A stretch of 58,407 bases of DNA, the filler included, from Sphacelaria rigidula (Eukaryota): assembly GCA_964200075.2 (NCBI GenBank). It is 4 parts of 4 records of this genome, joined end to end, with 100 filler letters (N's around TTAATTAATTAA, not from the genome) between each part and the next. Parts side by side here need not be neighbours in the genome. Positions count along the whole stretch, not along the records: positions 14,628 to 29,154 come from CAXNAA020002205.1; positions 29,255 to 43,781 come from CAXNAA020002206.1; positions 43,882 to 58,407 come from CAXNAA020002207.1; 1 more part is not named here. One strand, given 5' to 3'. Positions 23,696-45,356 of the stretch are shown piece after piece. The first letter of the stretch is position 1, and each line of letters begins with the position of its first letter. Position numbers and translations under genes: made by a program. The notes beneath the pieces are model-generated. The model did no database searches, was not told where the DNA came from, and saw nothing but the letters and a program-made list of their open reading frames with translations.

Positions 23696-23792
23696 CTATA
23701 TCGGAACCAGCAAGGACGGACAAGAACAGACACAACACAACACCAAAAACGAATGGAAACTCAAGTTACAGTATTATCATCTTTCACAACAG

Positions 23793-24170
23793 CCGGTCGC
23801 CCCGGTGGCTTAGTTGGTAACCTCGGAACCTTCTGACGGTTGGGTCGTGGGTTCGAATCNNNNNNNNNNTCTCGGAGCGATCTGGGATTTTTTCTCACAC
23901 CATGCCCAACAGTAGAGAGCGACCATGTCGTGGGTGCATAAAATTCGACTCAACGGTCGACGAGGGAAAGGGACTGCTGGACCCCTCTCGCGATAAAAAA
24001 AACAAAAGGCAAGCAGCACCGCAGAAGGAAGGCGGGGTACTGAAGACAAATAAAGAAGAAAAAGCTCCTGTGTTGACCTTCCTCCTATGTGACCTCGGCT
24101 GGTGCGCCCACATATACCGGAAGGGGTAGACCGGCGTCCAGAATAGATGGGACGACAACACACATACACA
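23793..24170 (+). mobile_element. Full-length tRNA-derived SINE (family B)
   Basis: A box tggcttagttgg, B box ggttcgaatc, conserved body and (CA)-type tail. Confidence 0.85.
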
Positions 24171-25416
24171 ACGAAACGCGATTGTTCAAGCAGAGTGAAC
24201 ATGCAGCAGCACCAGCAGCAACCCCATACGAAAGTGCGGTGCCTCCACCATGACATGCGGTCAAAACCCGATGAACAGTGACTTCAATCTACCACTGAAT
24301 TGAAAAAAAGGCTTTGATACTACCGACATACAATGCCATCGCGCCCCGGTAGTCGATATCGCACATTTTGAAACCCGGGTAGGGTAGATTTGTAGGCCTC
24401 AATCTTTTTGTTTGTCTCGTTTCGTTCGCTTCAGTGTACTCTATTTGCTCTGAAATTGTGTCTTCACACTTCTCCCTTCTCGAGTTTCACCTAGAGAGTG
24501 ATTCCGGTTTGTTCACCTTGGGTACACGTGCGTCTATTTTGTGACAACGGCTGGATCCCAATGGCACGAATAAATGGATGGATAAATGAATGAATGAATG
24601 AATGGACACATGAACGAACAAATGAATGAATGTGACACCAATGACGATGAAAAAGAAAAGGAATCAACGGATCGATGAATCAGTGACCTTTATCAAATCA
24701 AGCAATCCGGACAAGTACCTCTTCTTCTGGGTAATAAAATATCCGATAAAAAAAAGCAAGGTGAGCGCCGTAGAACGAAGGTGAAGTGCTGGAACAAAGT
24801 AAAAAAATAAAAATTATATCGACAGGCGCAGAGCTGACCAAAGCGAGAGAGAGGGGGGGGGGGGACAGGTACGGAAGCAAGAAGTACAGCATGCCCTAAA
24901 TGAACGTGCCCCGGGCGTTGACCTCCCGAGCTCCATACATCGTGCCACGTATGGTAGGTACCTCGAGTGAAACACCACCGGCAGGTTAATCGAAGGATAC
25001 CCGACTTAACACGGGCCCGTGATGCCCAGGGGTAACAAAGATGTTTCAAGCGTTCGTAGAGTAGGTGGCTATGTTGTGGCTTACGTCGCCCGCGTGTTGG
25101 CGGCCTCCTTGCCCGAGTCCCCGGCAAGGGCCTGCTCTTCGGGGTTTTTGCCTGCTGTCTTTTTTCCATCTAGAGTAAACGTACCAATTTCGGTACAGTA
25201 CCAATTAAGGTACTCTTTTTTTTTAATCGTCTATGACTCCGCGAAATGTTGATTGTTTTCCATTCTGTTTTTTGCTGCGTGTGCACAAGAGCACGACGCT
25301 TCGTTTGAGCTACTGCACGTGCCTTTTGTATCAGAAAACACCATCCCACAGCACTGTGAATAAGGGCGTGTGTGTCATTTTTCAAAATCGGCTTTTTGGT
25401 CGATCGGTTGCTGAGC

Positions 25417-25930
25417 ATGCAGAGAGTAAAGGTGGACCCAGAACGTGCAACAGAGGCCATAGAAGCGGTACGCAGCGGTCGCATGACCTTCCATGCTACT
25501 GCAAAGGCCTTTGAAATCTTCGTTGGTTCGCCTCAGAAGCGTGTCAGTGGTAGCGTGGGCATAGCTGGCAGGGTTGGTCCGGGTACTGTACTGTCGACGT
25601 GGGGAGAAAATTCCATTGAAGATATGCTGAAAATATGCCGCAGCTCGTCAACGGGCCTGAATAGAGATGGCTTGAAACAGGCGGCTATGGCACTCTGGAG
25701 CGACAACCGACCGGTGCCATAGGACCCGACAGTAGGCTCAGGTCGGAAATGGCTCGGCTTGTTCAATCGAAGGCACCCGCGGCTAGGTGAGCGCAGCAAC
25801 CGCATCTACAAGGCCGACAGGGTGGTGCGGCCGACGAAGATCGCATGCCAGAGTTTTATGCGGTCAGTGAGGACTACGTGCACAAGGAAAATCGAGCAAC
25901 CGACCACAGATGGAACACGGATGAGAGGTG
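25417..25930 (+). pseudogene. pogo/Fot1-like (Tc1/mariner superfamily) transposase remnant
   Basis: Psq-type HTH (AIEAVRSGRMTFHATAKAFEI), CENP-B-type HTH (GRKWLGLFNRRHPRL) and first catalytic Asp motif WNTDE; in-frame stop at ~25720 and a frameshift near 25825. Confidence 0.8.
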
Positions 25931-26251
25931 CTTTACTGTCCGTCAAGAGCCGTTCCGTTTATGTGAAACAATGCATGTGTCTGGAGCTAGAGCCAGGGGC
26001 TGTTGCTGTGGCGTGGTGTTTGTCTGCTCTCAGTCATGCTGCGTTTGATTCGGTATTATTTTCGCCGCATTCTTCGCCGACAAAGCACTTGGCGTTTGCC
26101 TGCTCATTGCTGTCTCGGCATGTTTTGTTGATTGCACTTACTCTTCATAGAGGTCCTGCCTATACTGGCTGTAGAGGTGTTGCAAGTACCGTGTTTGGAG
26201 ATTGTGCCAGTACTGTGCGTATCACCCGATACTCGACGTACTACTAACAGT

Positions 26252-26544
26252 GTTTTCGTGAGATTGAGAGTAGAGGATACTGTACGATCGAGACTGAAAA
26301 ACAATCAATAAGTGAATGAATAGTTCCAGTTCCGAAATGCACCTCCGTGAGGCCCGATGTGCTTTATTTAGTAGCTCGCCACTGAGGCCCTTGATATCTC
26401 CGAGTAGGATATCGACGTGTAGCTGTAAGCACACGCTAGTGATGGAGACAACGAAAAGCAGATACGGAATGAAAAATTGACTTAGTGAAAGCGAATGATC
26501 AAAGCCGCTCTCAATTAGCATTCTACTCTCAATCTCACGAAAAC
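26252..26544 (+). mobile_element. MITE family D, copy 2
   Basis: Perfect TIR gttttcgtgagattgagagtaga / tctactctcaatctcacgaaaac. Confidence 0.85.
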
Positions 26545-26819
26545 GTTGTTTACTCTGTACCGAGCCCCCCCCCCCCTCCCCACCCCCCGCCCCTTACACC
26601 CTCCACTCGTCGATATCTTTGCCGTAGGTGTTACTTCGCAAGGGACCAGGGCGTGGGAGGTCATCGCCGAGAAAGATTAGGCGAAGTTTTCGCTGCTTGG
26701 CTTGCTCTGTTTCGTGCTCGCTGCTGTCTGCGAGCCACGTCTGCTGTTCTCGTAGTCATTGTCGATTTTGGCGAGAATTTGTGGGGGGAGGGGGGGCAGC
26801 AAACGTGTTTCATTGCAAC

Positions 26820-27790
26820 TCGGTCACATCCGTCGAACACCAAATTTTTGCGACAATTATGTCGAAACTAATCCCACTTGGTTGGGTAGCTCTAAACAAA
26901 CAGAAAGCTTAGAGCTCTGCGAACGTGTTCGTCGAATTCGGCGTTGCCAAACACGGAGAAGAATGCTCAACTTTGTTCCGAAAATCCGGGGATAGACCAT
27001 TTTATTCCCCGAATTGCCTCTTTTCGCTCTTTAGTGCCAGAACGTGATGCATTGTGATGCATTGCGATGCGTAAAGGTTTGTGCCGGAGTAAAATATCTG
27101 GAACGTCCTGGCTCTAGGTGTTCCATTTTCGCAGCATTGTCGATTTCTGGTGATTAGGGGGCATCACTTAACGTGCGTCATAGTACCTTAGTCGTAAGGC
27201 ATGAACACCAGATTTTGGGAGATCACTGTCAAAACGTATCTCGATGGGTTGATAGAGTAGAAAAAGAAAAAGAAAACGTTTTCGTCGAGTACGGCGTTGC
27301 CAAACACAGAATTAGTGGCGAAATTTGTTCCGAAAACTAGGGGATAGACCATTTTCATCCCCGGACTTTTTTTTCTTTGCAAAACGGACTGCACTAGTGT
27401 CATACACATTTTGTACCAAAAAAGGAGCCCTGAAATGTCCCAGGTATTCCATTTTCGTAGTCATTATCGATTTCTGGTGAAAAATAAATGACTAGGGGAC
27501 ACCACTCAACGTGCGTGATAGAGTACCTTAACCACAACCGATGAGCACCAACTTTCGGGAGATTGCTATCAAAACGTATTTTGATGGGTTGAAGAAAAAA
27601 AAAAACATCACTTTTCGTCGAGTATGGCGTCGCCAAACACCGACTTAATGGCGAAATTTGTTCCGAAAAACAGGGGATAGACGATTTTCATCCCCGCATT
27701 CATTTTTTTTTTTCCTTTTTGGTTTTTGAACTGACCGCACCAACCTCATGAGTATTTGTACCAAAGGAGAAGGTCTGAGACGTCTACGGT
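26820..27790 (+). repeat. Three tandem copies of a ~340-bp unit
   Basis: gtcga.t.cggcgt.gccaaacac...tttgttccgaaaa...ggggatagac.atttt at ~26930, ~27283 and ~27617. Confidence 0.8.
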
Positions 27791-28347
27791 CGCGAGAAAT
27801 CAACTGCTGCGTAATGTGTACCGTAATTGATACAGGGGGTGTTTTTGCACCATTTTTAACGTCAATAGAGCCATACTCCACATCTACTCCTGCGACTTTG
27901 ATTATTTTTCAATTTTGAGAAGCTCAGGTAACAAAATATTAAATTACTTCTCTTCGGCTTCTCTGGGGATTGTTCTACGTGTCGTGGTGTCCACGAACCA
28001 GAGTTTTTCCCGCCAGGTGTCTTAAGCGCACCTTAATTGGTACGTTTACCTCTAGTTCCCAATGTTTTTCTCCACTTTTTCTTCATCCCTTTTTCTCGGA
28101 TTTTCTTTCAGCGAATATTTTGTTTCACTTGCCATGAGTGTGTACGCGTGTATCTCACCACCACCACAGCCGAGTCAGTAGCATGGGACAGTCTATCGAT
28201 TGACTCGAAATGTAGAGTGTCATATGAACCCTCGTCTTCCTTGGAGGTTTTGATGCATTCTCGTGGATAGGCAGCTACCATTATACTACTTGGACCTCAT
28301 CATCGCGGACCCTGATATACTGTTAATGTTGACCGACATTGCAAAGC

Positions 28348-28660
28348 ATATATATATATATATATATATACATGTCACATTTTGAACCTCTGTCCTTTCT
28401 CGGGATGAGTCCGTGGCCTCGAAGGGTCGATCAATATCTCCCCGTTACACGCCTTGCACTATGGTCTCGCGGATAGGATTACTGCGTCAACTCTAGTTGA
28501 ACAAGCTGCGTCAACAAATTTCTGTTTACTCCCGTACTCAAGCTTTTGACGGTGGATATCAGATACCTCGAAGAAAAAACCCGAGGCATCGGCAATCGAA
28601 CCCACCTTCTCTCCGCCCTAGTGGTGACAGTTGGACCATTACACCACCGCGGTGCGGCGG
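28348..28660 (-). mobile_element. tRNA-derived SINE with (TA)n tail
   Basis: Minus strand head gccgcaccgcggtggtgtaatggtcc...ggtgggttcgattgcc (A and B boxes); ends in the (AT)n tract at 28348-28371. Confidence 0.7.
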
Positions 28661-29154
28661 CTGCAGATTTATGTGTTTTCCTATTTAGTTTTGTTCCACT
28701 TTTCGCTCTTGTTTCTTCTCAGTTAACTTCGTTCGTTTGTTTTACCCCCCCTCCCCCACACTCCTCTAACGCGAGAACCCGGCGTGCTCCGTCCTGGCTT
28801 TGAACGGGCGGACCACCGATGGGGTTGGCGTCGCTTGGCGACGACGCTTTAAAACACACCACTCACTGCGTAAGCTAGGCAACCAGGTTACCGTTCTTGA
28901 GTGCGCACTTGCGTTTTTTTCGCGGTTACCATGATGGTAGCCGGGCTAGATCATGTTGTGCGGCGTGGGAGAACCTCAACTCCGCCCAAAAAGGACGATC
29001 GTACTACGTGGTGTTATAATGGTGGAACACCCATGAGGCAGTGTATAAGCCGTTCCTGTATCTGGAAGTGGCGATACCAGACAATAAAGCAACTCATTGT
29101 AGGCTGTCATCCGAATGCAAGACAATCAGCAGGCTTCGGGCCGAACAATCTTAA

Positions 29155-29254
29155 NNNNNNNNNNNNNNNNNNNNNNNNNNNNNNNNNNNNNNNNNNNNTT
29201 AATTAATTAANNNNNNNNNNNNNNNNNNNNNNNNNNNNNNNNNNNNNNNNNNNN
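29155..29254. other. Artificial 100-bp spacer
   Basis: Same N44-TTAATTAATTAA-N44 linker. Confidence 0.97.
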
Positions 29255-29926
29255 CCTTTCGGGCAATCAGGCAGAAAAAATCGTGAATTTGGTGATTTTG
29301 AGTCGTGATGATTTGTCCTAACCGTGGAACACTCGAGCACTCCCACCGCGGCGCAACCAAGCGTATTCTCAAATTTCAATTTTCATACCCAGCTTACTAC
29401 ACTACATACGGGAGGAGCTGGCGAAGACGAGTGTTGAACCGATCCAGGTTCCAAGGCACATCTCTTGTGGGGAGGGTTCACGAAGCAGTTGAAAACAATT
29501 TCACGTGTTGTTGTGACAGTTAAGCAGCAAGGTAAGAAGCAAAAAGAGCAATTACAGCGGTAGGTTTGTATGTATGCTATCCTTCCGGGTATTGTACAAT
29601 GGACTACGACGAGTATTAGATTCTTGTACTGATAAATGAAAGTTGATCAAACCCCCTACCCGGCGAGTCGGGTTATTGACGCCTTCGTTCGTTTATTCTC
29701 TCATTGCATGCCTCTTACCTACCCGTCACCATCGTGGGTAATGAACAAGGACATCGTTTTCCTTACGGGAAAATACGCTTCCTTCGAATAGGGTATATTT
29801 TGCTCAGTACAGTACACACATACAGACACGCAACGATGCACAGTCAGAGACAACGTCTGGGTGTGTTTTGCGCATCTCGACGGACCGTTCCGCTCAGTGA
29901 GTGATCGCCCTTCAGCATGAAACAAT

Positions 29927-30191
29927 GTTTTCGTGAGATTGAGAGTGAAAAACGGTCAACAAATGGATGAATTGTTTCGGTTCGGAAATGTCCCTCCACG
30001 ACACCCGATATGTTTTCTGTAGTAGCTTGCCACTAAGGCCCTTGATATCCCCGAGAAGGATATCGACGTGTAGCTGTAAGCACACGCTAGTGATAGAGAT
30101 GAAGAAAAACACACACGGCGACGAAATGGCCTAGTTAGATCGAATGACCGAAGCTACTCTCAAATAGCGCTCTACTCAATCTCACGAAAAC
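29927..30191 (+). mobile_element. MITE family D, copy 3
   Basis: Same TIR and internal sequence as the other copies. Confidence 0.8.
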
Positions 30192-33100
30192 GTCATGAGT
30201 GAAAAAAAATAACGCATTTCTTCTTTCTGTCACATGGTTGAAGGCGGATGGATACGAGAAACATAAGGGCGGTCGCGAGTCTGCGCTGAGGAACGGAGTG
30301 TCAAGTAGCTTCGAATCCAATAGTGTCCACCGGTGCCAGGTCTCGCACCAGCTACAATTCATAAGCCACACGCCTCGCATCGTCACCCCTCCAAGACAGG
30401 CTCGCTCCTCAAACATTTTTCGGCAATCCAACGCTTTATATCATTGCTATTACCTTCATTTCCGTTTTTTTTTTTTAATCCGAATTGATATTATCGATCC
30501 CATAAACTTCTCGCAGCGCACTACCTGATACGATACGAAGTCCACGTAAATGCAGCAGTAACAACGTACTATATACAAGACCGGACATGTAAAAAACTCT
30601 CGCGGCGATTTTTTTAAGCCAATTAGGGCCTGCGGCGGGTATCCCATGCTGACACCAAATTATCGGGATCCACGGGAAACAAACGGGTGAGCGGAGTAAA
30701 TTGTCTCCCTCCCTCGGGACGCATCGATAGTCTCGAAGGGATGTTAACTCATCTCACCCCCGGTACCTATTTCACAACTCATTACATAGCATGAACCATG
30801 GCTATCAGCACCCCCCAGCCCGTCGACTGTCATCATTTCTTCGTCAACTCTCAGTCTCACGCTTGCCTCGACGGAAATGAGGAAAATTAACCATAATTAT
30901 TGAAGTCGGGATTGGAAGTCACCACCACTACTCCGCCAAAACTGGTCGATGACACACCTGTTACAAACACCGTGGGGCGGGCCACACACAGTGTGCATGG
31001 CGGACATCGAGGCAGGGCACTCCTAGCATTCAGAACCTCCGAGTAATGAGTTGTCATACTACTAATAACGGACATTATCAATGTATGATGAGACGAGAGA
31101 AGGACAAATGAAAAAGATGATCGACGGGACAAGAACACTAAACACAACAAAAAAATGGACCGGAAACAAAAAAAAAAGTGCTCCATATTGAATGATCGAC
31201 CCCCACAACCGGACAAGAAAAACACTTTTTTTCAGAGGAAGTTTAAACACAACACAAGACGTCTTGTGGAGAAATTGCCTAAAATTGTCCAACCCTCGAC
31301 GGTAAGCATCCAATTTTATCATCAATTGCTGTTACCAACACGACGCGCACATTACGACCCCCCCTCTTTCCAAAACAGACTCCCACGCACAAATACTGGA
31401 CGAAGCCAAAGATAACGACAAACGAAAAACATTGTAGCCAGCAGGACTATGCTCGAAAAAACGAAGGGACAATTACCAAGAACCCGAGGCCACCCCATTC
31501 CCCCACGCCCTCGTCTCGTTCTTCAGCAACCAGGCAAAACACAGGCATGGCAAGATATGCACGGCGGTGCCTTCCTCTGCAGCTCCTTCCTCTTGCTCTG
31601 ATCCACACTGAACTCAACCATCCACCGATCGCTACAAAAAGAGCGCTACCTGCCCAGGACAAAATAAATAATCTCAAGAGGGAATCAAATCCGCGCACCA
31701 CTTGTTCGCCGACTCTATACGGCTAAATCATTCCATCCTCTCTTGATGCCCTGCCCACAAGTAATCGGCGTTGTCAGGTGTACTTGGAGAGCTGCACAGA
31801 TATCAAGATACTGACTCTGCGCGCACTGCAACAGCGTAAAATGCCCCCCCTCTTCCCCTCCCCCTCCCAGGTCTCGGTCGCGCTGCATTCATCACTTCCC
31901 CTACCCCTCGCCATATCTTCTTGCACTTCGCGTACGCGGGCAACAGACTATCCAGCAGCGACGGCTGTGAAGTGCAGTCCTCGATCCCTTCCTCCACCAT
32001 ACCATCCAATCAGCTTGTAAAAGGCTCGACAACAACAGAAACGAAGACAGCGAAAGAAAGGAAGCTACTAATAATCCACACATGTTCATTCTCATCATCA
32101 AGGGTCACTTCTTGTGGATCCCTGTAAGATCTCAACCAATTACGGACGTCCACCACGCAACATCACCCGTGATAAAAACCCCACCATGCACTATGCACTA
32201 TGCACTAACGACCACTACCGTCCGACCCTTTACCGCACCCCTCGTGATATATACCCCTACCCACCCTACCCACCTGCCGCGGCCATTGAAGCTATTACTA
32301 TCCCGCTGCGAAAGAACTCGAAATTGGACATTCGGCATGGTCGCACTCACCCGCCTGCCTGCCCAAAATCAGGATGCCCAAATTTGAGCAAGTAATGATC
32401 GTCTACGATAATCCATGTTATGAAACAGCTCAAGTTCTGCACGTGTGCAGTAGGTCTGTGGACTCAGCAGTTACACAACAAAACCACTCACATGTCACCC
32501 ACGATGCCCCCGGAACACGCCGCACGTCAAATCCTACAATGTACGAAGCATGCACTACTTCCCCTGAAGTGAACTACCCGCGTTCTTCGACCACCGTCAG
32601 TACACCCCGTCCGGAATGCACCTCTTGGGGGACTGTAGGTCAGATGAAGAGCAGCACTACCGCCGCCGCCACACCCGCTATCAAACCGGAGTGCTGCACG
32701 AGGCGTATCATCTCAACTCTGGCCGATGCCCGTTATGGATGAGCGACGCGCGTGAACGAAAAAAAAATTAATCGCCGACCAACTCTCAAGCGCATACGTA
32801 GCGAACAGGGAGATCGCAAAAAGTGATGGACGAGCGCGGCAGGAAAGAGCAACCGCACGATACACCCCCCCCACTCGAGTGCTACGCTAACTACCACCAC
32901 CACCACCACCACCACCACCAACCCTCTTGCCTTCCGCTCTCGTTCATCAACTGGAAGGTGAAGTGAACAGAGCCGGCAAGAAGACAAATGTAATATACAA
33001 CACCCGCACTACTAATCTGCGCCACAACAGCTCTGCTGGTAACACGCTCCCTCCATCTCTGTCGCCATCCCAGAATCACCCGTCTGGTGCCAGCAGTACG

Positions 33101-34070
33101 CGCTATCTTTGTACAAGGCAGCCACGTATCATTCACTACTGGCGAATCGCGTGCCGGGTGTCTCTTGCAAAGATCCGTACGCTTAAGGGTAAACCAAGTG
33201 AAAATACAGTAACGGAAAGAAGGTATCACACCACATGAACAATCATCTGCTCAGAAGTACGTCGAGCAAAGCAACACTCTGACGCAAATCACACGACGAG
33301 CCAAAAAACCTCAAGGAGATCGAACCACCGGCGGCCATGGACAAAAAACGGCGTTCCAAGATCGTCCCGCCTACACGACCCGACAGGGCAGCTTCCAACA
33401 CATCAACTACTCCCGCATCAGGGCCAACAAATACGCGCCTCAGCGCGTACCGTTTCGTCGGGAAAGATAAAGATTAAGACACATGCAGATAAAACGCTTT
33501 TCAGCCCATCCAGGCCACTTCCTGCTCCACAGGCACGACAGCACCCCTGCTCTGTCCCTAGAATGCCCCAGTACCTCCCTGGCCCCCCGCGAGGACCTCT
33601 TTGTCCCCCTCCGGTTCTCTCATCCACTCTGCCCTGACATGGCATGGATGCCAGACCAATGCTTGCATGGCCCGGCGCGGCGCCATGATCAGCTAACTTC
33701 TCCAGTCCTTGCAAGGCTGTGCTGTCTTGGGTTAGTCTTCTGCAGACGAAAAACTGCATGTGGACGAATCTAACAAAAATGAGTTGACCCCCCCCTCCCC
33801 CTCCCTGCCATCTATCCAGACCAACTACCGTAGGCCCGCCCCAAACGCCCCGTGTCGGGGACGTTGCCTCAGCGCTACTATTTCGACGACTACGGATGCT
33901 ACTAGCAACGAAACGTGCCGATAGTGTAGCGGAAATGTGTCGATCGACCAACTAATTCATCGACGGCAGCGCCCTGCTCATCGAGATGACTCGTTCGCGT
34001 TCCAGACAAGGTCGGCCCGGGGCGTATTTACACGAGGAACGTTTTTTTACTTCTTTACGGTAGGTACTAG

Positions 34071-42428
<8,358 letters not shown>

Positions 42429-43269
42429 CTGGGAAAAAACCAAGACAACGAACCAACACCAAACGCAGAAGCACACGCCGTCAATGACGAGAAAAGGAAC
42501 GGTCGATTTTACAAACAAACGCACACGTATCAATCATGTAGAACGAAAGAAGCTGTCGTTTAGTTAGCAATGAGGCCGCACAAGATTCGGCGAAACTTGC
42601 ACTGGTAGGTCTGTCTCCCCTGCTTTAATGATACAAATACAAGTGTGAGCAAATTTCGGGTTTAAAATTGAGTCATCTTCCAATACGGTCACCTCCTTCG
42701 GCTTTTCGGGTGGTTTATTCACCCACGTGCGTTGAGATACTGTCAACGCTCAACACAGCTACGTCACAATTGTCAACAAACGCCCAAGGTTTTGCCCTCA
42801 AAAATTATATTCGACACGATAGTGATCAAGTCGTACTGTGCGAACTTTGCCCCCCACGTTTTGTCGGGTGGTGTGAGCTACCGTGACACTATTGATATGC
42901 CGCGCGTTTGAGGTTTTGACAGCATGCATCAAAGGCCGCACACGGAAAATACCCCCGTTCACAGGACGTAGAGGATCAGGCTTGAGTGCGACAGTAGTGG
43001 TGGTAGTAGTAGTAAAATGAACCAGCAGGGTTCCAATCACCGGCTCGTGAAGGAGCGGTTGATAACACCCGATAGAGTTCATGCAAGAACCCCCCCCCCC
43101 CTCCTCCCCCTCCCCTCGCTTGGTGCATCAGCTAGTAGCCATAGAAGGATCGCTATGCTTGGAGATGGGTGATGGCCACAGAATGTCAAACAGGAAGGGG
43201 GTGAGACAGGTATAAGATTTTTGTGTAGTGTACGGTAGAAACGTACTGAGCGCCCAAATGCTGGACGTG

Positions 43270-43378
43270 TCTTAATTAGGACCAGGAACGGTGCGTCACG
43301 AAAGGGATGCGGGATCAATGGTCGAATGACTAAGGAAAGTATCAAATGAGCACGCCTCCACTCCCTACTCCCCCCCAA
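43270..43378 (+). mobile_element. LINE 3'-end fragment (subfamily B)
   Basis: aggaacggtgcgtcacgaaagggatgcgggatcaatggtcgaatgactaagg...atgagcacgcc followed by a C-rich tract. Confidence 0.7.
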
Positions 43379-43781
43379 CCTGCACTCGACACTGACAAAA
43401 ATATCGTGCCTCCGCAGAACACACGCACCACATCTACTCAACCGGCCTACGTTCCCAAACCCCCTTCGCGGGCATGATCATTCCAACGGCCTCAATCCTG
43501 AAGGAAATCACTTGTCATAAACAAGACAAACACGCCCAAACTACCATCATGTGTTGCCGTGGCCGTCAACATCTCATCCCACCGCAACGACTATGAACAC
43601 CATAACAACGAAGCGAAAACTGTGTCTGGCACGGAGGCCCGTTGACCCTGACCTGCCATCCACTTTGCGCTCGGCACGTACCGCGTGTTACATGCTTTCG
43701 TCGAAACTCGACCCTAATCCAAGGCATACTGACGACACTGAGCGCGCGCGCAAGGGGGGGGGGGGGGGGGACCTCTTTTTT

Positions 43782-43881
43782 NNNNNNNNNNNNNNNNNNN
43801 NNNNNNNNNNNNNNNNNNNNNNNNNTTAATTAATTAANNNNNNNNNNNNNNNNNNNNNNNNNNNNNNNNNNNNNNNNNNNN
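43782..43881. other. Artificial 100-bp spacer
   Basis: Same N44-TTAATTAATTAA-N44 linker. Confidence 0.97.
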
Positions 43882-43958
43882 TCCGTCCCGGCTTTGTAGG
43901 GATGCGAGGTCAATGGTCTGATGACTATGGCATGCATGATCATGAGTACACCCCTCTC
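43882..43958 (+). mobile_element. LINE 3'-end fragment (subfamily A)
   Basis: tccgtcccggctttgtagggatgcgaggtcaatggtctgatgactatggcatgcatgatcatgagtacacccc. Confidence 0.75.
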
Positions 43959-45322
43959 CAAGGCGCGAGAGCAGGTGAAAAGGAAAGAAAAAAATTGAAG
44001 CATCCGAACAGTAAGGCGTTGCTCTTGCGCCGCTGAGGAATTGGAGGACACAATCGCCGGGATAGCCGCTCTGTATCACGTTGCAAGTTGATGCCCGCGG
44101 TTGGTCGTGCGGTAGGCTTCCTCCCTAACCCTAACCCACAAATCAGTAGATGGCAGATGCCGCACACAGCGGAAACAGATGCACATCCATATCAGCTGCC
44201 ACACACGGTGCCGTGCGGTCACCGCAGCGGCACGGCAGCGACGAGACCGCTGTATTGATGTAGGAACACACGAAGGCCGCGTGCGAGGGCCTTATCGTCG
44301 CCACGGGTACTCCGGTGCCGTCGTCGGCGGGACGCGCGCGGGTAGCCACGCCAGCTACCTAAACTACTTGGGACCCGAATACAAGCGAAAGCGCTTTCCA
44401 TGACTTCACTGTTTCGGCCAAACTATCGAAAACCCAAATAGGGGTTGAGCCCCATTTTTGTGTTCAGCCCCATTTTTCAGGATCCGCTGTTAAATGTTCA
44501 CCTTGCCCTCCAATTCATTCGGAGATCGGGGGAAAAGAGATTTATTGCGAGCGTCAATCGAGCATATCCCGCATACTGCACCGTTACCAGCGCATGGGAT
44601 CCGACACGCAGGAAAAGTTGTTGAAAGGTATTCATCCTTTTGCCTCCCAGTCCATATAGACATGGGCTAAAGGATAAATCACTTTCAACAGCTTTCGCTG
44701 AATAGAGATCCCACACATTGGATACGTGTGTATATCCACACCTGTGCTTCAAGCAAACCACCTGGTAGGCGTGATAAGATGCGGGGTGAACGGGGTATAC
44801 CTCGCCCATGAATCCACATACTTCACAAAACTCCCGCATTCCAGTGTCTACCAACACGAACCATATTTAGAAAAAGTCACTTAATCAATCGTATATGAAT
44901 AGTATATAGACCATCACCCGAATAAGATATCTACTCCGTATGTACCATCGACCGGCTGTTCACAAGCCGAACATCAATGCACACCCGCCCGCACAACAGT
45001 ATTATTCCCGGCTTCCACCACAACCCTGCAGCGAAGAGCACGGATTGGGCACAGGGATATAGACACATACACACTGCCGTGGGTGGATATGGTGTGTTTC
45101 TTGTTGGTGGAAACCTGAGCATCTTCTTTCATGGTCGCGACATCGCGCGGCGACGACATACGCGGGGTGTAGGCGGGTGCGAGGAACAATTAACCGGCCG
45201 CCTATTATGCATACACACTCACCATATGCATGCTGGACGCGCCGATAACGTAGTGCAGCATACAGGCCGTACGATATGCCGCACGTTGTTCAAGTCATTT
45301 TCACGTCGCACTGTAGGTAGAG

Positions 45323-45356
<34 letters not shown>

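Noticed and set aside
23793-23880. tRNA gene (also 2563-2636, 28580-28660, 50740-50810)
   Set aside because: A/B boxes without a full cloverleaf, followed by repeat bodies: these are SINE heads.
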